DNA from: Anthoceros angustus
Taxonomy: Eukaryota > Plantae > Anthocerotophyta
Reading direction: 5' to 3'
Assembly (NCBI GenBank): GCA_010909165.1
Contig: MU008178.1
Span: 570,369 to 634,368, forward strand
Length of the DNA: 64,000 nucleotides
This document shows, in pieces, positions 61,401 to 64,000 of the stretch; positions within the stretch are counted from its first letter, which is position 1; each line of letters begins with the position of its first letter. Made by a program: the position numbers and the translations under genes. A model generated the notes under the pieces. The model had not been told where the DNA came from. It ran no database searches and saw only the letters and a list, made by a program, of their open reading frames with translations.

Positions 61401-62180
61401 GCGATCCCACCGGGTCACCGAGATATCACGAGGCTTATACTTAGGTGGATGATTACCCTCAAGAAATTGTCTTGCGCATCTTGCAAGATTGTTCTTCCAA
61501 TTGCGCAACATGGTGTTGAACATTTGGTCACACACATGAGCCATGCTCCAAATCCCACCAACATCTCTTGAATGGCGCCTCCACAATTGCTTGTGTCTCT
61601 AGTTTCTCTCCCGGTTGCCAATCAATGGATCCATGAAGTGCCGCATTACCCACCTCAACCGAAATTGGAGCACTTCATAATCGTATGAATCTTCTTTAAT
61701 CCAACGACACACATGAGAAGGAAAACATCGAATATGCTTGTACATGCTGCGTGCATGTGGCTGTAAGTGGCATGTATAGGCCACATGCTTGTCTGAGCAC
61801 ATGCCTGCATGCATGTGGCATGTACATCCTTGTAGTTAGCAGCCACACACGCATGTTTAGCTTGAGAGACCAAACGAGAAACACACCTGTTTAGGCTTGA
61901 GAGACCAAAGGAGAAACATGGGCTCAAGGCCACACACCGCCAGCTTTAGGCTTGAGACCAAAAGAGAAACATGGGCGCCAAGGCCACACACCGCCAGTTT
62001 AGACTTGAGAGACCAAAAAACACGGGCTCAAGGCCACACACACACTGTTTAGGCTTGAGAGACCAAAGGAGAAACATGGGATCAAGGCCACACACGCCAG
62101 TTTAGGCTGAGACCAAAAGAGAAACATGGGCGCCAAGGCCACACACCGCCAGCTTTAGACTTGAGAGACCAAAAAACACG
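58490..62180. repeat. ~1.85-kb tandem duplication inside the CACTA element
   Basis: ~58490-60340 matches ~60340-62180, differing by scattered small indels. Confidence 0.9.
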
Positions 62181-62460
62181 GCAAATCAAGGCCACACACG
62201 CTTTAGGCTTGAGAGACCAAAAGAAACACAAGCAACACACACACTGCATGTTTAGGCAGCGAGACCAATAGAAAAATACGGCATCAAGGCCACACACTTG
62301 CGGCTTTAGGCTTGAGACCAAAAGAGAACATCGGATCAAGGCCACACACTTGCTTAGGCTTGAGACAAAAGAGAAACATCGGCATAAGGCCACACACTTG
62401 CCTGCGTGCTTGAGAGACCAAAAGAGAAACATTGGGCGACAATCAAGGCCACACACCTAC
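61855..62460. repeat. ~55-60-bp tandem array (also at ~60020-60340)
   Basis: Unit AGGCCACACAC..TTAGGCTTGAGAGACCAAAAGAGAAACATGG. Confidence 0.9.
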
Positions 62461-63619
62461 CGGACAAGCTTATGAAAGTAAAAGCAGTCGTTTCAACTAA
62501 AACCAAGAACACGATTCTAGATGAATGTCCATGTGGAATGACGTGCATTTGGGCGCTCCCTTTAATTCGATTTCTCCTTGGCAATTGCGCGGATCTCGTC
62601 CGCCATCTCCTCCTCCACTGGATTTTCCACTTCTTGCTGCTCCATCAGGCCGCACTTCTTCAAACCGAGAACCAACATTGTGGAAGGGTTAGGAGTAGGA
62701 GTGGCCGGAGGTGGCATGGGAGATCCTCCGGATTGAAGGTCTGCAAGTTTTGAGCCAGTGTCACGGACAAGGAGGAGGTGCTTCTGCCTTCTTCGCTATC
62801 ATCTTTCTCAAAAGGTCCTGCGTGTGCACATAAGCCATCAGGCCTTGTTCTCTCATCCGAAGACCTAAGAGGAGGTGGTGGTGACTTGAGAGAGGCTGCT
62901 CCTCCACGGCATCGAGTGCTCTTCCACAGGAAAGCCGCCATGGGATTAGCGGGCGCCGGTACTCCTCCACGGCATCGAGGCGGCGCTCCTCCTCCACGGC
63001 ATTAGAGGAGGCTGCTCCTCCACGGCATCGGGAGGCTGCTCCTCCTCCACCACGGAGGAGGCGCTTGTTCCACCACGGCGGATCGCCTCGCTTCCTACCA
63101 CACACAAGGAGAAAAGAAAAAGCCATCGCTTAGAGCTCATTATCATCACCGACCCTAGAGCTCGTAACTAGTTGAAGGCGATTCAAACCTTTGCCGAAAG
63201 TGCGTGCTAAAAAGCCGCTTGATGCACAACTCACATTTGAAGGGGGATGATGAGCCTTGTTTTGAGAGTGTTGTGTTCACAGCCCATGTTGTAGAGCTAG
63301 GCTTGTCACACAAGCTTCTAAGTGCTCGGCGATCTGCGAGAGAGGGAGGCGGCCGACTCAACATGTGACCGCCGCTAAGCAAAGTCGCAATCTCTCTCTC
63401 AAGCAATCCTTGAAGCTGCCTGCAAAGCCAAGTCGACAATCTTAAGCAAACAAGGTGCAGGGCCTTGTGTACGGATGGACGTCAAATTCCGTGCTTCTTC
63501 TTCCGGCTTTACAAAGCCTTCCCGCACTTCTCATGGCCTTCCGCTTCTAAAATGTGCAGAGGCATGGTTGGCTTCCCGCGCTTCTCTCAACACATAGACT
63601 CAATTATAATACACAGGCT

Positions 63620-63930
63620 CTCATCACACACCCCGGCGGCTGCATGGCCTCAATTACACTACATACAAGCTCCCCACTCCACACACATCCCGATGGCAAG
63701 CCCGGCTCTCACACACCCCGATGGTGGCCCCATGGCCTCAATTACACTAGCTACACAAGCTCCCCACCTCACACACCCGATGGTGCCGCATGGCCTCAAT
63801 TACACTAGCTACACAAGCTCCCCACCTCACATACCCCGATGGCAAGCCGCATGGCCTCAAGTACACTAGCCGCACAAGCTCCCCACGCCACACACCGATG
63901 GCAAGCCCGGTTCTCACACACCGAGGGCAA
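63620..63930. repeat. ~60-bp tandem array
   Basis: Unit CATGGCCTCAATTACACTAGCTACACAAGCTCCCCACCTCACACACCCGATGG. Confidence 0.85.
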
Positions 63931-64000
63931 TCGACATACAGGCTCTCAACACATACGCCGTATGTAAACATCTACTTGTATAGACATGAACCCGCCTTTA

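Larger units (their letters stand above)
56744..64000. mobile_element. CACTA (En/Spm) DNA transposon: left end and internal region; other end outside the window
   Basis: Terminus CACTACAAGAAAA at 56744 is the canonical En/Spm TIR. Subterminal TTTACAACG/CGTTGTAAA motifs occur in both orientations. There are internal tandem arrays and broken minus-strand ORFs of TnpA-like character (~58600-59830, ~60450-61690, ~62500-63150). Confidence 0.85.

Overview
Eukaryotic nuclear DNA from a land plant. The compact GC-rich genes, short (~80-150 bp) GT-AG introns and divergent gene set suggest a non-seed plant, possibly a hornwort or other bryophyte; this is inference only. The window has three zones. (1) 1-3.2 kb: AT-rich TE debris. 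(2) 3.3-44.8 kb: a gene-dense block containing an orphan ~1240-aa coiled-coil protein, beta-carotene hydroxylase, an unusual PEP carboxylase, plastid-type RidA, a decayed ABP1 gene the ORF track does not show, a 5'-less 2OG-dioxygenase, an ABP19-like germin, ICT1/ArfB, a saccharopine-dehydrogenase-like protein, an ERF084-like AP2 factor behind ~5.5 kb of microsatellite-rich DNA, 3betaHSD/D-reticulon, a DHRS12-like SDR and thioredoxin h. (3) 45-64 kb: a nested TE stack, with a CACTA inside a Copia inside a Copia, and several near-identical tandem duplications that may be assembly artefacts. The best candidate for something new is the PEPC (about 11.5-17.9 kb). It has ~28 introns, an RNTG-ending core that fits neither the plant-type nor the plant 'bacterial-type' pattern, an N-terminal ACT-like regulatory domain, and a possible organellar transit peptide. 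Gene models were spliced by eye and no database searches were run.
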